64,000 nucleotides of DNA, taken from assembly GCA_020137815.1 (NCBI GenBank), contig CM035351.1, positions 930,001-994,000 of the forward strand, written 5' to 3'. A program made the position numbers and the translations under genes. Shown in pieces: positions 53,101 to 64,000 of this stretch; within the stretch, counting starts at the first letter, position 1, and each line of letters starts with the position of its first letter. Below the pieces are notes generated by a model, which saw only the letters and a program-made list of their open reading frames with translations, made no database searches and had not been told where the DNA came from. The DNA is from Hormiphora californensis (taxonomy: Eukaryota > Animalia > Ctenophora).

Positions 53101-56100
53101 TTTGAAGTTTTCCACCCTACTTTTTGAGTTTTTGAAGTTTTTGAAGTTGACTTCAAAAACTTCAAAAACTTCAAAAACTCCTAACTACTTTTATATGCTA
53201 TGAGTAGGAACCGGCGATAATATCGAATCGAATCGAAAGATCGAGAGATCGAATCGAATCGAATCGAATCGAGTAGTTTTTTGAGCCCAAAGATCGAATC
53301 GAGATCGAATCGAGATTTTTTGACCGCCCAATGATCGAATCGAGATCGAATCGAGATTTTTTGAACCCTCAAAGATCGAATCGAGATCGAATCGAATTTT
53401 TTTGAACGCTCAAAGATCGAATCGAGATCGAATCGAAAGTTTTTGAACACCAAAAGATCGAATCGAGATCGAATCGAAATTTTTTGAACCCCGAAAAATC
53501 GAATCGAGATCGAATCGAAATTTTTTGAACCCCGAAAAATCGAATCGAGATCGAATCGATATTTTGTGATCCCCCAAAGATCGAATCGAGATCGAATCGA
53601 AAAATTTTGATCGGTCACCCAAAGATCGAATCGGGATCGAGAAGAAAATATCAAGAATCTTCGGTTCCTAGCCAGTAGAAACCGACGATATTGTAGGATC
53701 GAATCGAAGGATCGAAAGATCGAATCGAATCGAGATCGAATCGAAAGTTTTTGATTGCACAAAGATCGAATCGAGATCGAATCGATATTTTTTGATCCCC
53801 CAAAGATCGAATCGAGATCGAATCGAAATTTTTTGAAAACCGAAAGATCGAATCGAGATCGAATCGAGATTTTTTGAACCCTCAAAGATCGAATCGAGAT
53901 CGAATCGAGATTTTTTGAAAACCGAAATATCGAATCGAGATCGAATCGAAAGTTTTTGAACCTTCAAAGATCGAATCGAAATTTTTTGAACGCTCAAAGA
54001 TCGAATCGAGATCGAATCGAAAATTTTTGAACCCCAAAAGATCGAATCGAGATCGAATCGAAAAATTTTGGTCGTCCAAAAAAAGATCGAGATCGAATCG
54101 AGAAAAAAATATCCGGTATCGCCGGTTCCTAGCTATGAGTGACTATTATTACACTAGTTTAGGTTAGTTTCATGCTTAATACATATTGTGGCAAAGTTAT
54201 CCGTCCTTGTCTGCCCTTTTTCTACCACAAATTAGGATATTTACAATGATTCCTAGCCATGAAATCCATGGCACAATTTGGTGTAAAAAATTTTAAATTT
54301 TTGTAAAAACAGATTTCATTTTCATTCTATAACTCAAAAATTTGCCTAGAAAATGCAAAGAAAGTGTTTAAAAATTATTAAGTAAATTTTCAAAATTTTT
54401 TTTGGTGCCACACCCTTTTTGCCAGTTTCACAAAATGCAAATTTTTTATGAAGGGAGTAGTGAAAAAAAATATGGACACCAAAATCATCAGCGGCCTCGA
54501 GTTAGTGGGGGTACGTGCCAACATTAAGCCTCCACCTCATCTAATTCGAGGGATAATGGGATATTTTCATAATTTTGTGTGTGCGCATGACTTTTTTTGG
54601 GCTAGACCAGTTTTAATGGTTTATGAGTGACTATAGGCTTTTCAAAGGGGTGTATCTTGTTCGGAATATGCAAGTTTATATAAGAGTTATGAAGCAACAT
54701 AGGGCCTATCTCCAACGGTTAAGGAGATATGAGTTTTTGAAGTTTTTGAAGTTTTTGAAGTTTTCCACCCTAAGTTTCTCTTTGAAGTTTTTGAAGTTGA
54801 CTTCAAAAACTTCAAAAACTTCAGCCGCCCCCCCCCCCCGGTGAGTGTGGGTTACCATGGGGACCATGTCCTCCTTGACGAGTGGTGAGTGTGGGTTACC
54901 ATGGGGACCATGTCCTCCTTGACGAGTGGTGAGTGTGGGTTACCATGGGGACCATGTCCTCCTTGACGAGTGGTGAGTGTGGGTTACCATGGGGATCATG
55001 TCCTCCTTGACGAGTGGTGAGTGTGGGTTACCATGGGGACCATGTCCTCCTTGATGAGTGGTGAGTGTGGGTTACCATGGGGACCATGTCCTCCTTGACG
55101 AGTGGTGAGTGTGGGTTACCATGGGGACCACGTCCTCCTTGACGAGTGGTGAGTGTGGGTTACCATGGGGACCATGTCCTCCTTGACGAGTGGTGAGTGT
55201 GGGTACTACGGTCGGACCCCGATTTACCGGGAGGATAAATGTCGCCCGATATAGGAAATTCATGTTTTTTGAGCTCGATATTACCGGATAGGAGAAACAT
55301 TCATAAAGTTCGGTTCTTCATTATCGAGTCACACCTGACACCACCGTCTCGCCCAAACACTCTCATCCCTCTAAACACCAACTTCCCCCCACCCCAGGAT
55401 TCCTCTCAACATGCCGGGAAGATCAGCAGCACTGGTGTGTGGACTAAGAAAGGCAATGGAAGCACTCCTGATGAGGGTCGCACAGGATCCCATGTATGCT
55501 CTTCAACCCATGGTACGTATAATAACACGTCGGTACAAAATATATACCTACCTCATAGACCTGCTTCTTCTGTTTGTTACCACTTTTCTATAGTTTTGGG
55601 CTACCTCATTCATGAATGAGGTAGCCCAAAACTATAGAAAAGTGGTAACAAACAGAAGAAGCAGAATATTCACTCGCTGACGGACACTGCAATTTATACC
55701 CTCCATGATTACCAGATCTATACCTACTTTTTGCACTCAGTCAGACCTTGTTTTCCACCCCTTACTCAACAAATCTGGCAGCAGCTGCACGTTTGATTTA
55801 TATCTCCACAGGGCCCCGATGCAGATGTCCTTGATACAGTGTTTGAACTTGCTGACGCACGAGCCGGGAAATTCTATGATCCAGAGCAAGCGAACAACGA
55901 AAACAGCTACACCTCCCGACCGTAAGTAGAAACTAGCAATCTGGAGCGTGCTGTCTGACGTCGCCAGACCCTGTTTTGATTTTCAAACAGTGCGCTCAGA
56001 TCGGATCGGCGCCGTCAGACAGATAGCGTGAATCTAATAGATCTGATGACTTGTTCTGACTTGTTCTGACTTGTTCAGACTCTCTCCCTCTCGCGCAGCA

Positions 56101-56516
56101 GCTCCACTAAATTACTGTAAAAAGTGCAAGACATCTTTATTGTCTAGGACAAGCGCATTTCCTCATTCTACCAAGAACCAACTCATTGCTAACCCTCCCC
56201 AACCTAAACTCATTGCTAACCCTCCCCAACCTAAACTCATTGCTAACCCTCCCCAACCTAAACTCATTGCTAACCCTCCCCCTTCAGGCCCATGCAAGAG
56301 GGAACGATGCCCATGAGGGGAGGAGGAGGGCACCGGGGAGGAGGAGGTGGTGGACAGTGGAGGCCACCCCATCATAACAACAGAGGAGGTGGTGGTGGAC
56401 TGCCCGGTAGGAGACTCCCCTCAAGACCCCCACCTGGAGGAGGAGGCCGAGGGGGTTTTGGAGGGCGCCGTGGGTGGGGAGGAGGGGCCAGGGGAGGGTA
56501 CCGGGGCCGTTATTGA
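44507..56516 (+). CDS. DHX9: DEAH-box RNA helicase A, 5' part missing; exons 44507-44604, 45116-45207, 45858-45942, 46138-46328, 48318-48692, 48914-49026, 49205-49384, 49564-49890, 50809-50930, 51244-51347, 55398-55512, 55812-55921, 56288-56516
   Basis: Colinear with DHX9: [90 protein letters not shown] tail; two 1-nt indels (about 49358, about 50888). Confidence 0.93.
44595..44870. repeat. 24-bp tandem repeat (about 12 copies) spanning a DHX9 splice donor
   Basis: AAGTTGACCG|GTAAGTTACTTACT. Confidence 0.92.
45622..45865. repeat. 30-bp tandem repeat (about 8 copies) spanning a DHX9 splice acceptor
   Basis: AATCCCTCCCTCCCCATGTTAG|GCAGTAAT. Confidence 0.92.
46841..47898 (-). CDS. Rhodopsin-family GPCR, intronless, nested antisense in a DHX9 intron (one frameshift near 47435)
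   Basis: Seven hydrophobic segments; GTPLN (TM1), LDTL (TM2), C...LSCSRAVAL (TM3), KKRATITI (TM6), NSIVNMIIY (TM7); adding one C to a C4 run fuses the two ORFs. Confidence 0.85.
50939..51036. mobile_element. hAT-like MITE, same family as 16711-16813
   Basis: TIR CAGGAACCGACCGAA; TSD GTATGAAT at 50931-50938 and 51037-51044. Confidence 0.92.
53068..54839. mobile_element. Non-autonomous TIR element with poly-G/poly-C termini
   Basis: (G)n-CCGGCTGAAGTTTTTGAAG / CTTCAAAAACTTCAGCCG-(C)n; 8-bp TSD GGTGAGTG at 53060-53067 and 54840-54847. Confidence 0.85.
53205..54131. mobile_element. hAT-like non-autonomous element filled with about 39-bp GATCGAATCGAGATCGAATCGA subrepeats
   Basis: 15-bp TIR TAGGAACCGGCGATA; 8-bp TSD GCTATGAG at 53197-53204 and 54132-54139. 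Confidence 0.9.
55561..55664. repeat. Perfect 104-bp spacerless palindrome, intronic
   Basis: 52-bp arms centred on TTCA|TGAA. Confidence 0.95.
56176..56282. repeat. 27-bp tandem repeat, 4 copies, of branch point plus pyrimidine tract before the last DHX9 exon
   Basis: AACCTAAACTCATTGCTAACCCTCCCC. Confidence 0.9.
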
Positions 56517-56924
56517 GCGCCAAGGACAGTATAAGAATAATGGGATAGTTTTTTAGTGTGGAAGTTTGAGTTGACCTGTTCGATTCTAGACAAGCAAATT
56601 GTCTCTACCGAAGTTTTGATGGGAGATGTTTTAATATTTATTTTATGTTTTAAAATCAGTTTATACCCCACAAAACTCGACTAATGAAAGTTTAACTAAA
56701 TGTAAAATTGTCAGTTCAACCGATTGATTTTACTGATTGTACCCACATGTGGCCACATCACCTTACTACAAGTGCAGCCTGCAGGCCAATATTCGGCGCT
56801 GGCAGGGCATATTATCATCCTACATCACGTTTCTGTAGTAGTCCTGCACCGTTCTAGACTGGGGAGACAATGACCGCTTGATGTGGTCTGCCGTTAGAGT
56901 GAAATTCCTAACGGTCAGATAGTC

Positions 56925-57104
56925 GTCTCCAGCGGTTGTCAGGACATATCTGATAGCGATGCTAACCCTCTATACGTCACAATAATTGAAATTTCACTGG
57001 TAACCGGTAGTGCTATCAATTCTGCACCTTGGTTACCATGGTAACATTGAAAGGAAATAACTTTGCGCAACGAACAACAGAACGTCCTGACAACCGCTGG
57101 AGAC
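56925..57104. mobile_element. About 180-bp MITE-like element
   Basis: 21-bp inverted repeat GTCTCCAGCGGTTGTCAGGAC / GTCCTGACAACCGCTGGAGAC. Confidence 0.65.
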
Positions 57105-57930
57105 AACCCTTCCCGTTGCGTGTGAATAGGGGTCGATATTGTCTCAATTAGTGGAGAGACAGAGAGAGATGCTATAGACATACTCCAGATCGAATGACAT
57201 AAGTAATCTGTGAACTACTAAAGTCGACTTAGAGAGAGAGAGAGAGAGACAGATATACAACTCTCTCTCTCTCTTCCTGCACACCGCTCTCTCTCTCTCA
57301 GTGTATCTTGAATTATGTTGCCTGTAGTCTCACAGTAAATGATGTTTCGTTAACAATTCTAGGTTTGAATATATATAAAACATATGTTGTTGTTTGTCAG
57401 GCGTGTTCGTCCTCATTTTACTCAGGAAAACATAGACAGTGTTTATGAGTGTGTATCAAAAACAGTAACCGAATGTTGCCCGTAGTATACCTGGAAAGAT
57501 TGGAGAACCAGCTGGTGTGTTGAACGGTTAAACCCGGTTAAGTGGTAAACGATGTTTGCTACAAAACACCACTGTCGTCCCAAGTGGCTAGTGGACGTGA
57601 TGATGAAAGTGTCTGTGTGCATATATTAAATGCTGTGTGCGGGTTGTCGGTGCATTACGCACAACCTGTTCCGTATCACTTGACTCCCGCTGAGCCCGCC
57701 ATCTTGAATTTTACCTCTTTTTGTGAGCTTGTAACTAACACGAGCACCTCTATTAGATTATATCCCGTTTTGGCTTTGCACCGGGTTCATGGGGCGGGAA
57801 TTAAAGGGCACACCCCAACACGTACCCCGACCTGTCAAGTAGCTGTCACGTGACTCCCAGTGTGCGCATCTCTCTACCAGCGCTGACAACCCCCTAGTTT
57901 TCATTTATTTCACAACAACCATGGTTTTGT

Positions 57931-57968
<38 letters not shown>

Positions 57969-59496
57969 GAACCATGTCGACCCTTTTTGGGAGGGGTAGG
58001 TATCCGATCTTGCTGATCACGTGACTCTGCTAATTACACATGGTTGCTAATAATGGGCCGCTTGAATCTCTCTCTTTCTCTTTGTTCTACCCGGACCTTT
58101 CCAATGGTACAGCCCCTCAGTTTGTTTCTTGGTTTTAGCTCTTCATTCTTGTTTTTGTATGGGTCTTGTCTGATAAACAAAGGGGCGTGGACGCCAGTTT
58201 TGCCGTGTAGCAATCGTATTTTGCAACTTGAGATCATGGATTGAGAGAGATACATGGGTTAAAGAAGGGGAGAAAAGGGGGAAAAGGGAGACATTGAATA
58301 AGAGAGAGATAAAAAGATAGACGGAGAAGAGAAAAAGCGTTTACAAAATATACAGAGAGAAAAAGAGAGAATTACTGGTAGGCGGGAGAGAGAGAGAAAA
58401 AGCATTTGCTACTCTGTGCTACTTTCTTTGTTCTAGTTATATACACAATTTGCCTGTACCCCAATTAAAGACCTTAAATTGAAATTTTTTTTATTTGCGT
58501 GTCAACCCCTAAAAAACTTTGTCCCTTTTTTTGGTCCCCTGCCCAGGGGTTTTCTTGTTTTGTTTATAGAGAGAGAAGAGAAAGAAGGTGAGAGGAGGAG
58601 ATGGGAGAGGGAGGGAGAGTAGAGAGAAAAGGGGAGAGGGGAAAAAAGAAAGTTAGGGAAGAGAAGAAGGGAAGAGATGATGGAGGGGGGGAGCGGGTGT
58701 TGTGTGGGAGGTGTGGTGTCGCCCCCCTTCTCCCTCTCTCCTCTTTTCTCTCCCTCTCTTTCCCCTTCTTCCCCCCCTCCCTCCCCCCCCTTCTCCTTCT
58801 CCTCCTCCCCTCTTCTCTCTCCGTTTCCTCTTCTCACCCATTTTTCCCCCCGGGGCCTTTCCCTTCTTCCCCTTTTTCCCCCCCATTCTTTTTCGGGGCA
58901 TCTCAAAAATCTCCCCCTTTTCCTCCCCCCTTTTTCTCCTCTCTTTTCTCCTTTTCTCTTTCTTCCCCCTCCTTCTCCGGCTTCTCCCCCCTCTCTCTCT
59001 CCCACTCTCTCTAATTTGCTGCATTTGCTATCGTTCTCTTTGTTCCTTGTAGTTGATGTCGGGGGTAGGGTTTTGCTAGATGACTTACATTTTAATATTA
59101 TACCCTCATTATATATGTGTCTATCATGTGGCGGTCCTGTTTTCCCGCGCCTTCCAACCCTCAGGCGTTACTTCCCCTTTGTTCTTTTGATCAGTGTGTG
59201 TGTTTGTGCGTGTGTGAGTGTGAGTGTCTTGTTTCAGAGTCAAATATATTGTACAATTTGCCGTGTATCGTAGTGTTTGCACTATACAATTTGAGCTCAT
59301 TTTGAGGGGTTTATTAGGTGACTCACTGTAATTTAACCAATTAACGGGCCCAATTAACGGGCCCTTAACAACCCATTAAACTTTGGGCCTGCTAATTTTT
59401 GTTAATTGCTTTGATTTTCTTGATATATATGGGTTTCATTATATCTGGATTATATTGCACACTTCCTGTATTTGGTGTTTATTTGAATGTTGGGTT

Positions 59497-60300
59497 GGTC
59501 CTAGGTGAATGTTGGGCAGGTCCCAGGTGAATGTTGGGCAGGTTAGGTTAATGTTGGGGGAGGGCCGGGAATGTTTGGCAGCTGTCCCGGGAAAAGTTTG
59601 GGGGGCTGCCTAGGTGAATGTTGGGCAGGTACTAGGTGAATGTTGGGCAGGTCCTGAGTGAATGTTGGGCAGGTCCTAGGTGAATGCTGGGCAGGTCCTA
59701 GGTGAATGTTGGGCAGGTACTAGGTGAATGTTGGGCAGCTGTCCTAGGTGAATGTTGGGCAGGTACTAGGTGAATGTTGGACAGGTCCTAGGTGAATGTT
59801 GGGCAGGTCCTAGGTGAATGTTGGGCAGGTCCTAGGTGAATGTTGGGCAGCTGTCCTAGGTGAATGTTGGGCAGGTCCTAGGTGAATGTTGGGCAGGTCC
59901 TAGGTGAATGTTGGGCAGCTGTCCTAGGTGAATGTTGGGCAGCTGTCCTAGGTGAATGTTGGGCAGGTCCTAGGTGAATGTTGGGCAGGTACTAGGTGAA
60001 TGTTGGGCAGGTCCTAGGTGAATGTTGGGCAGGTCCTAGGTGAATGTTGGGCAGGTCCTAGGTGAATGTTGGGCAGGTCCTAGGTGAATGTTGGGCAGGT
60101 CCTAGGTGAATGTTGGGCAGGTCCTAGGTGAATGTTGGGCAGGTCCTAGGTGAATGTTGGGCAGGTCCTAGGTGAATGTTGGGCAGGTACTAGGTGAATG
60201 TTGGGCAGGTACTAGGTGAATATTGGGCAGGTCCTAGGTGAATGTTGGGCAGGTCCTAGGTGAATGTTGGGCAGCCAGTTTTTTTCCCCTAGGTGAATTT
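59497..60300. repeat. 22-bp minisatellite (about 35 copies)
   Basis: GGTCCTAGGTGAATGTTGGGCA. Confidence 0.95.
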
Positions 60301-60555
60301 TGGGGTTTGGGGGGGCACTGTCCTAGGGGAATGTTAAAAATTTTAAAGGTTTTCGTTGTGCTTATTTTACAAGCCAACTTATATTTAAATTTTCAATGTT
60401 AAATTTTTGATACTGTTTGATCACTTTATATACGGAATTGGATTTCAATTTGAAAACCCAGCCAAATCCATAAAAAAGACTGATTGGCGAAACCCTGAAA
60501 TTATTTGTCTTACCCCCTCTCCTTCAAGCCAACTAACCCCCTTTCTTTTGTAGCC

Positions 60556-61454
60556 ATGTCTCAGATCGTGATTGACCAACAGAGGGAGGCAAATGAGAAG
60601 TCCATCATCAGGTTGGGGGGTAAATCCCACAAGCTCCCCGAAAAATCCCAAAAGATATTTTCCCCCAGGTCGGTCCTTTCTCAGTTTTCAGATGGTTTTT
60701 GATGGGGATACGGAAAAACCCCAAGGGTTTGGGGTTCTTTTGGTACCAAGCCCCGGGAGACAGAAAAGGTGCAGAGGAATCTCGTGGTATACTAATGGAC
60801 GGCCCCCTTCCGAGTTGAACACCATGTGAAAAGAGCGGGGAAATCAAAAATTTGGGTCCTATGGAAAGGGTACCCCCGGGTTCCCATATGGAGCACCCTG
60901 TCCCCCTGATAACGCCCCCGAGGCTATCTCCCAGGCAGTGGCCTCCCTGCCCCCCTGAGGATTGTGGGATTTTGAAAAAAAATGAAGAATTTTCCTGGGA
61001 ACCCTAAAGGGGCAAGAAGTTGTTGTTACAGAACCCCCAACTCGCATACGCCCTCCTCCAGGCTCTCGTTGTAATGCGGGTATTGGATCCTACCATGTCA
61101 GAGAGCACCGGATCACCCCAGCCCTTTTCCCCAAAATCCGGTCCCGGGGCCCCGCCCCACCACCCCCCCCTCCCCAGCCCACCCCCACCCCCCGGAAGGG
61201 CCCCGAGGGAAAACCCTCAAACCCCACCCCAAGTTTTGACCCACGCTACGTCCCCCCCCCCCCGCGCACCTGCCGTCAGCCTGGGCCCCCCCCCACGACC
61301 CCACCCGCCCAAACACGGACCTCCCCCCTCACAAAAGTCCCCGCGCGCGCAGCAGCTGGTCTTGGGTTTGGTATGGGGAGGCCCTTTTCCCAAAGTAGCA
61401 CTAACAAAAACAAATCAGGGGTTTTGCCGGAGGAGAAGAGAAACATGTTACTGA
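60556..61454 (+). CDS. CSTF2: Cleavage stimulation factor 64 kDa subunit, heavily corrupted sequence
   Basis: Fragments VGPFLSFQMVFDGDTEKPQGFG (RRM), PYGAPCPPDNAPEAISQAVASLPP and LLQNPQLAYALLQALVVMRVLDP (hinge) match CstF-64; many indels. Confidence 0.8.
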
Positions 61455-62105
61455 TGTTCAAGGAGCAGTACATCAGAGGCGCCATGTGAGATGATGTGCC
61501 ATGTGAGATGATATATGCCATGTGAGACGCAATACAGTGGGGATGTGGAGATTAATTTGTGAAAATGAGGATGCGAGGGAATTTCCTTTAAAATTTGGTG
61601 TGGGGGAGTTAAAACGTCCCCGTGTTGTATAAAGGGGGTGCTTATTATAATATTTGAACCGGTTTTTATTCAGAGACAAGTTTCAATGTTACCAAGTATA
61701 TTAACGTGTTTTGAAAAAGGGTTTGTATTTTTGGGGGCCCGGGAAAAGTTTTTCCACTTTCTCTCTCAGGGGGAAAAAAAAAGTATCTCTTTTTTAGGGC
61801 CTGGGTTTTGAAAAAAATTTTAAAAAAAAAAAACATGGGGGGGGGCCCCCGTCTTGGACGAGAAGTGTAATCTTTTTTATCTTGATTGTATTTTAGTAAT
61901 TTATTAAACTGTGACCACCGTTACACAGACAGAGTGCAGCACTAAAAGTGTGTGTGGCTGTTTGTGATCCTACTACTAATCCCACGATTTTACATCATTC
62001 TTGATCCGTGCTTTACCCCCCAACCCCACCCTTCCCCATTTTCCCCCATATCAGTGTTTTCTTTCCGGTATTTACTGCAATAATTGATTTTTCTGCAATG
62101 TTCTA

Positions 62106-62574
62106 GGGTTTCACCCTTCCTTTGCTGGGGAGGGTTTCACTCCCTCTAGTTCTGAGGGTTTCACTCCCTCTCCTAGTTCTGAGGGTTTCACTCCCTCTCC
62201 TAGTTCTGAGGGTTTCACTCCCTCTCCTAGTTCTGAGGGTTTCACTCCCTCTCCTAGTTCTGAGGGTTTCACTCCCTCTGGCCTCTCCTAGTTCTGAGGG
62301 TTTCACTCCCTCTCCTAGTTCTGAGGGTTTCACTCCTTCTCCTAGTTCTGAGGGTTTCACTCCTTCTCCTGGTTCTGAGGGTTTCACTCCTTCTCCTGGT
62401 TCTGAGGGTTTCACTCCCTCTCCTGGTTCTGAGGGTTTCACTCCTTCTCCTAGTTCTGAGGGTTTCACTCCTTCTCCTAGTTCTGAGGGTTTCACTCCCT
62501 CTCCTAGTTCTGAGGGTTTCACTCCTTCTCCTAGTTCTGAGGGTTTCACTCCTTCTCCTGGTTCTGAGGGTTTC
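62106..62574. repeat. 27-bp minisatellite (about 17 copies)
   Basis: TCTGAGGGTTTCACTCCYTCTCCTRGT. Confidence 0.95.
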
Positions 62575-62875
62575 GTTGAGGATGTTTCATTCTCTCATTT
62601 TCCCGCCGTTAATATAACTCTCCCGCTCCTCAATCTCCTCCCGCTCCAGCTCCAGCTCTTGGCACACCATCCCCCACGCATCCCATCTCCCCGTGACTCT
62701 GTGTTATCAGTGCGTTGCACCATGGGGGTATACTAATTAGATCTTGTATAAAGATGATGATTTGGGGAATCTTCAGCTGTAAGGACGAATCATAGGCCGA
62801 GCTGAGCAAAAATGTGTGAAAGTATACACAGGAGCGGAGATAGCGCTGGGAGAGAGAGAGAGAGAGAGAGAGAGG

Positions 62876-62945
<70 letters not shown>

Positions 62946-63352
62946 AAGAGAGAGAAATGCGAGGGTCCCCCGCTCTCTCTCTCTGATCATCGATCAAAAC
63001 CTGGTTATTTTCTTTGCTCCAGTTTTGTCTCCCCTTACCTTATTGTAATATTCTGGCTGCATTGCACCCTTTTCTTGCTGTCCCAATAGGGTGCCAGCCA
63101 CGTCTAGCTAGTCTGTATGAATATCTGCTTTCTCCCCAAATTCCTTGCATTCCGTGCATTCTTGTGTAACTGCATTCTCGGGTAACCATTGGTTACTAAC
63201 CAATCAACATTCCCACATTACACTATAATTTGTCGAGAGAATCTTGTGGTTTCCAAGAACATCTTGTTTACTGTTCCAAGATCACGCGATCTCGAATATT
63301 ATAATGCATTCCTCTCTTCTTTCTCTACTCGATCACCCCAAGCAGTAGTGCC

Positions 63353-64000
63353 ATGCCACCCACACAAGTGGACGTCAAAAGAGCACTGCAATTCAAGAAG
63401 GCCTCCAGGTCTTGTAAGCAGGCCCGGCACCATCGGTTAAAAAGGTTGCTAGATTTCCGGGATGCCGATCTTCTTGAGATGTTTCCTGATTACAAAATGT
63501 ATTTGGACCAGTTTGTACGGGCCCTGGATTATCAGCAGAGAATGAATTGTGAGTGAGGGGGCGTGTTGAGAAAATTCGAAGGGGTTTAGTACAGTGGTTA
63601 GGTGGATAGTTGGGGTGGAGACTGGACCGAGTGTAAACTGTGGGCTGTGGGAGGGCTCCCTAGTGTTAACCTGTCCACTGTTATAACTGTCCGAATTTTG
63701 TCCTGTTACACTTCCCCTCCATAACCCCCTCCTCCTCCCCCCCTAACCCCCTCCCCTCCCTCCCAGGTGTTGAGAAGAAGGAGAACAGTAGCAACAACCA
63801 CCAGATAGACACCACAACCCCCAACAGTGGTGAGACAGTTGACAAGGTCGATGAGGGTAGTAATGGTGCTGCTCCCATCCCTCAGGAACTGATGAACACA
63901 ACACCATCTGCAGCTCCTGTTGCACCTCCCATTGCGGTGATTGAGGCCCAACAATCCTCCTCACCTCCTCCTGTTGCCATGGATACAGTGAACACACCAG
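63353..64000 (+). CDS. Hypothetical protein, 5' exons 63353-63548 and 63767 to beyond the window end
   Basis: ATG-initiated ORF, GTGAGT donor and CCTCCCAG acceptor in compatible phase 1; frame open to the window end. Confidence 0.6.

Larger units (their letters stand above)
51316..55204. repeat. 44-bp minisatellite (about 40 + about 8 copies) spanning a DHX9 exon end and donor, split by a transposon
   Basis: TACCATGGKGACCATGTCCTCCTTGACGAGTG|GTGAGTGTGGGT. Confidence 0.97.

Noticed and set aside
53181-54079. Repeat-spacer pattern and long SIRSRFD ORFs
   Set aside because: Spacers are homologous to each other; the ORFs are by-products of a 39-bp subrepeat inside a TIR element
51316-55204. CRISPR-like array
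   Set aside because: Head-to-tail repeats with no unique spacers, eukaryotic intron, no cas genes
62103-62736. Repeat-protein ORFs (VKPSELGEG)n
   Set aside because: A 27-bp unit is open in several frames by construction; no start or splice support

Overview
Eukaryotic (animal) genomic DNA. It is compact and intron-containing, with GT-AG spliced genes, two tRNAs, many MITE/foldback elements, minisatellites and (GA)n tracts. The repeat and GPCR style suggest a non-bilaterian such as a ctenophore, but this is unverified. Genes supported by manual exon reconstruction are a ZNF608/609 (Brakeless-like) gene, a PYROXD1 5' fragment, tRNA-Lys(UUU), tRNA-Glu(UUC), a 5-exon SLC25 mitochondrial carrier, a 161-aa secreted/GPI-type protein, a two-Sushi GPI-type protein, an SH3-like gene, a polycystin-2/TRPP channel, an SDR16C-type dehydrogenase, a disrupted PHD+F-box gene between direct repeats, an SLC52 riboflavin transporter, a C2H2 zinc-finger protein, DHX9 (13 exons visible, with a nested antisense GPCR) and a degraded CSTF2. 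Several stretches (about 1.85-4.95 kb, 40.8-44.4 kb, 58.4-59.0 kb, 60.3-61.9 kb) and many single-base frameshifts look like consensus error. The most striking pattern is that at least nine splice junctions in four different genes are themselves the unit of a tandem duplication (2 to about 48 copies), and two DNA-transposon target-site duplications also fall exactly on splice donors.
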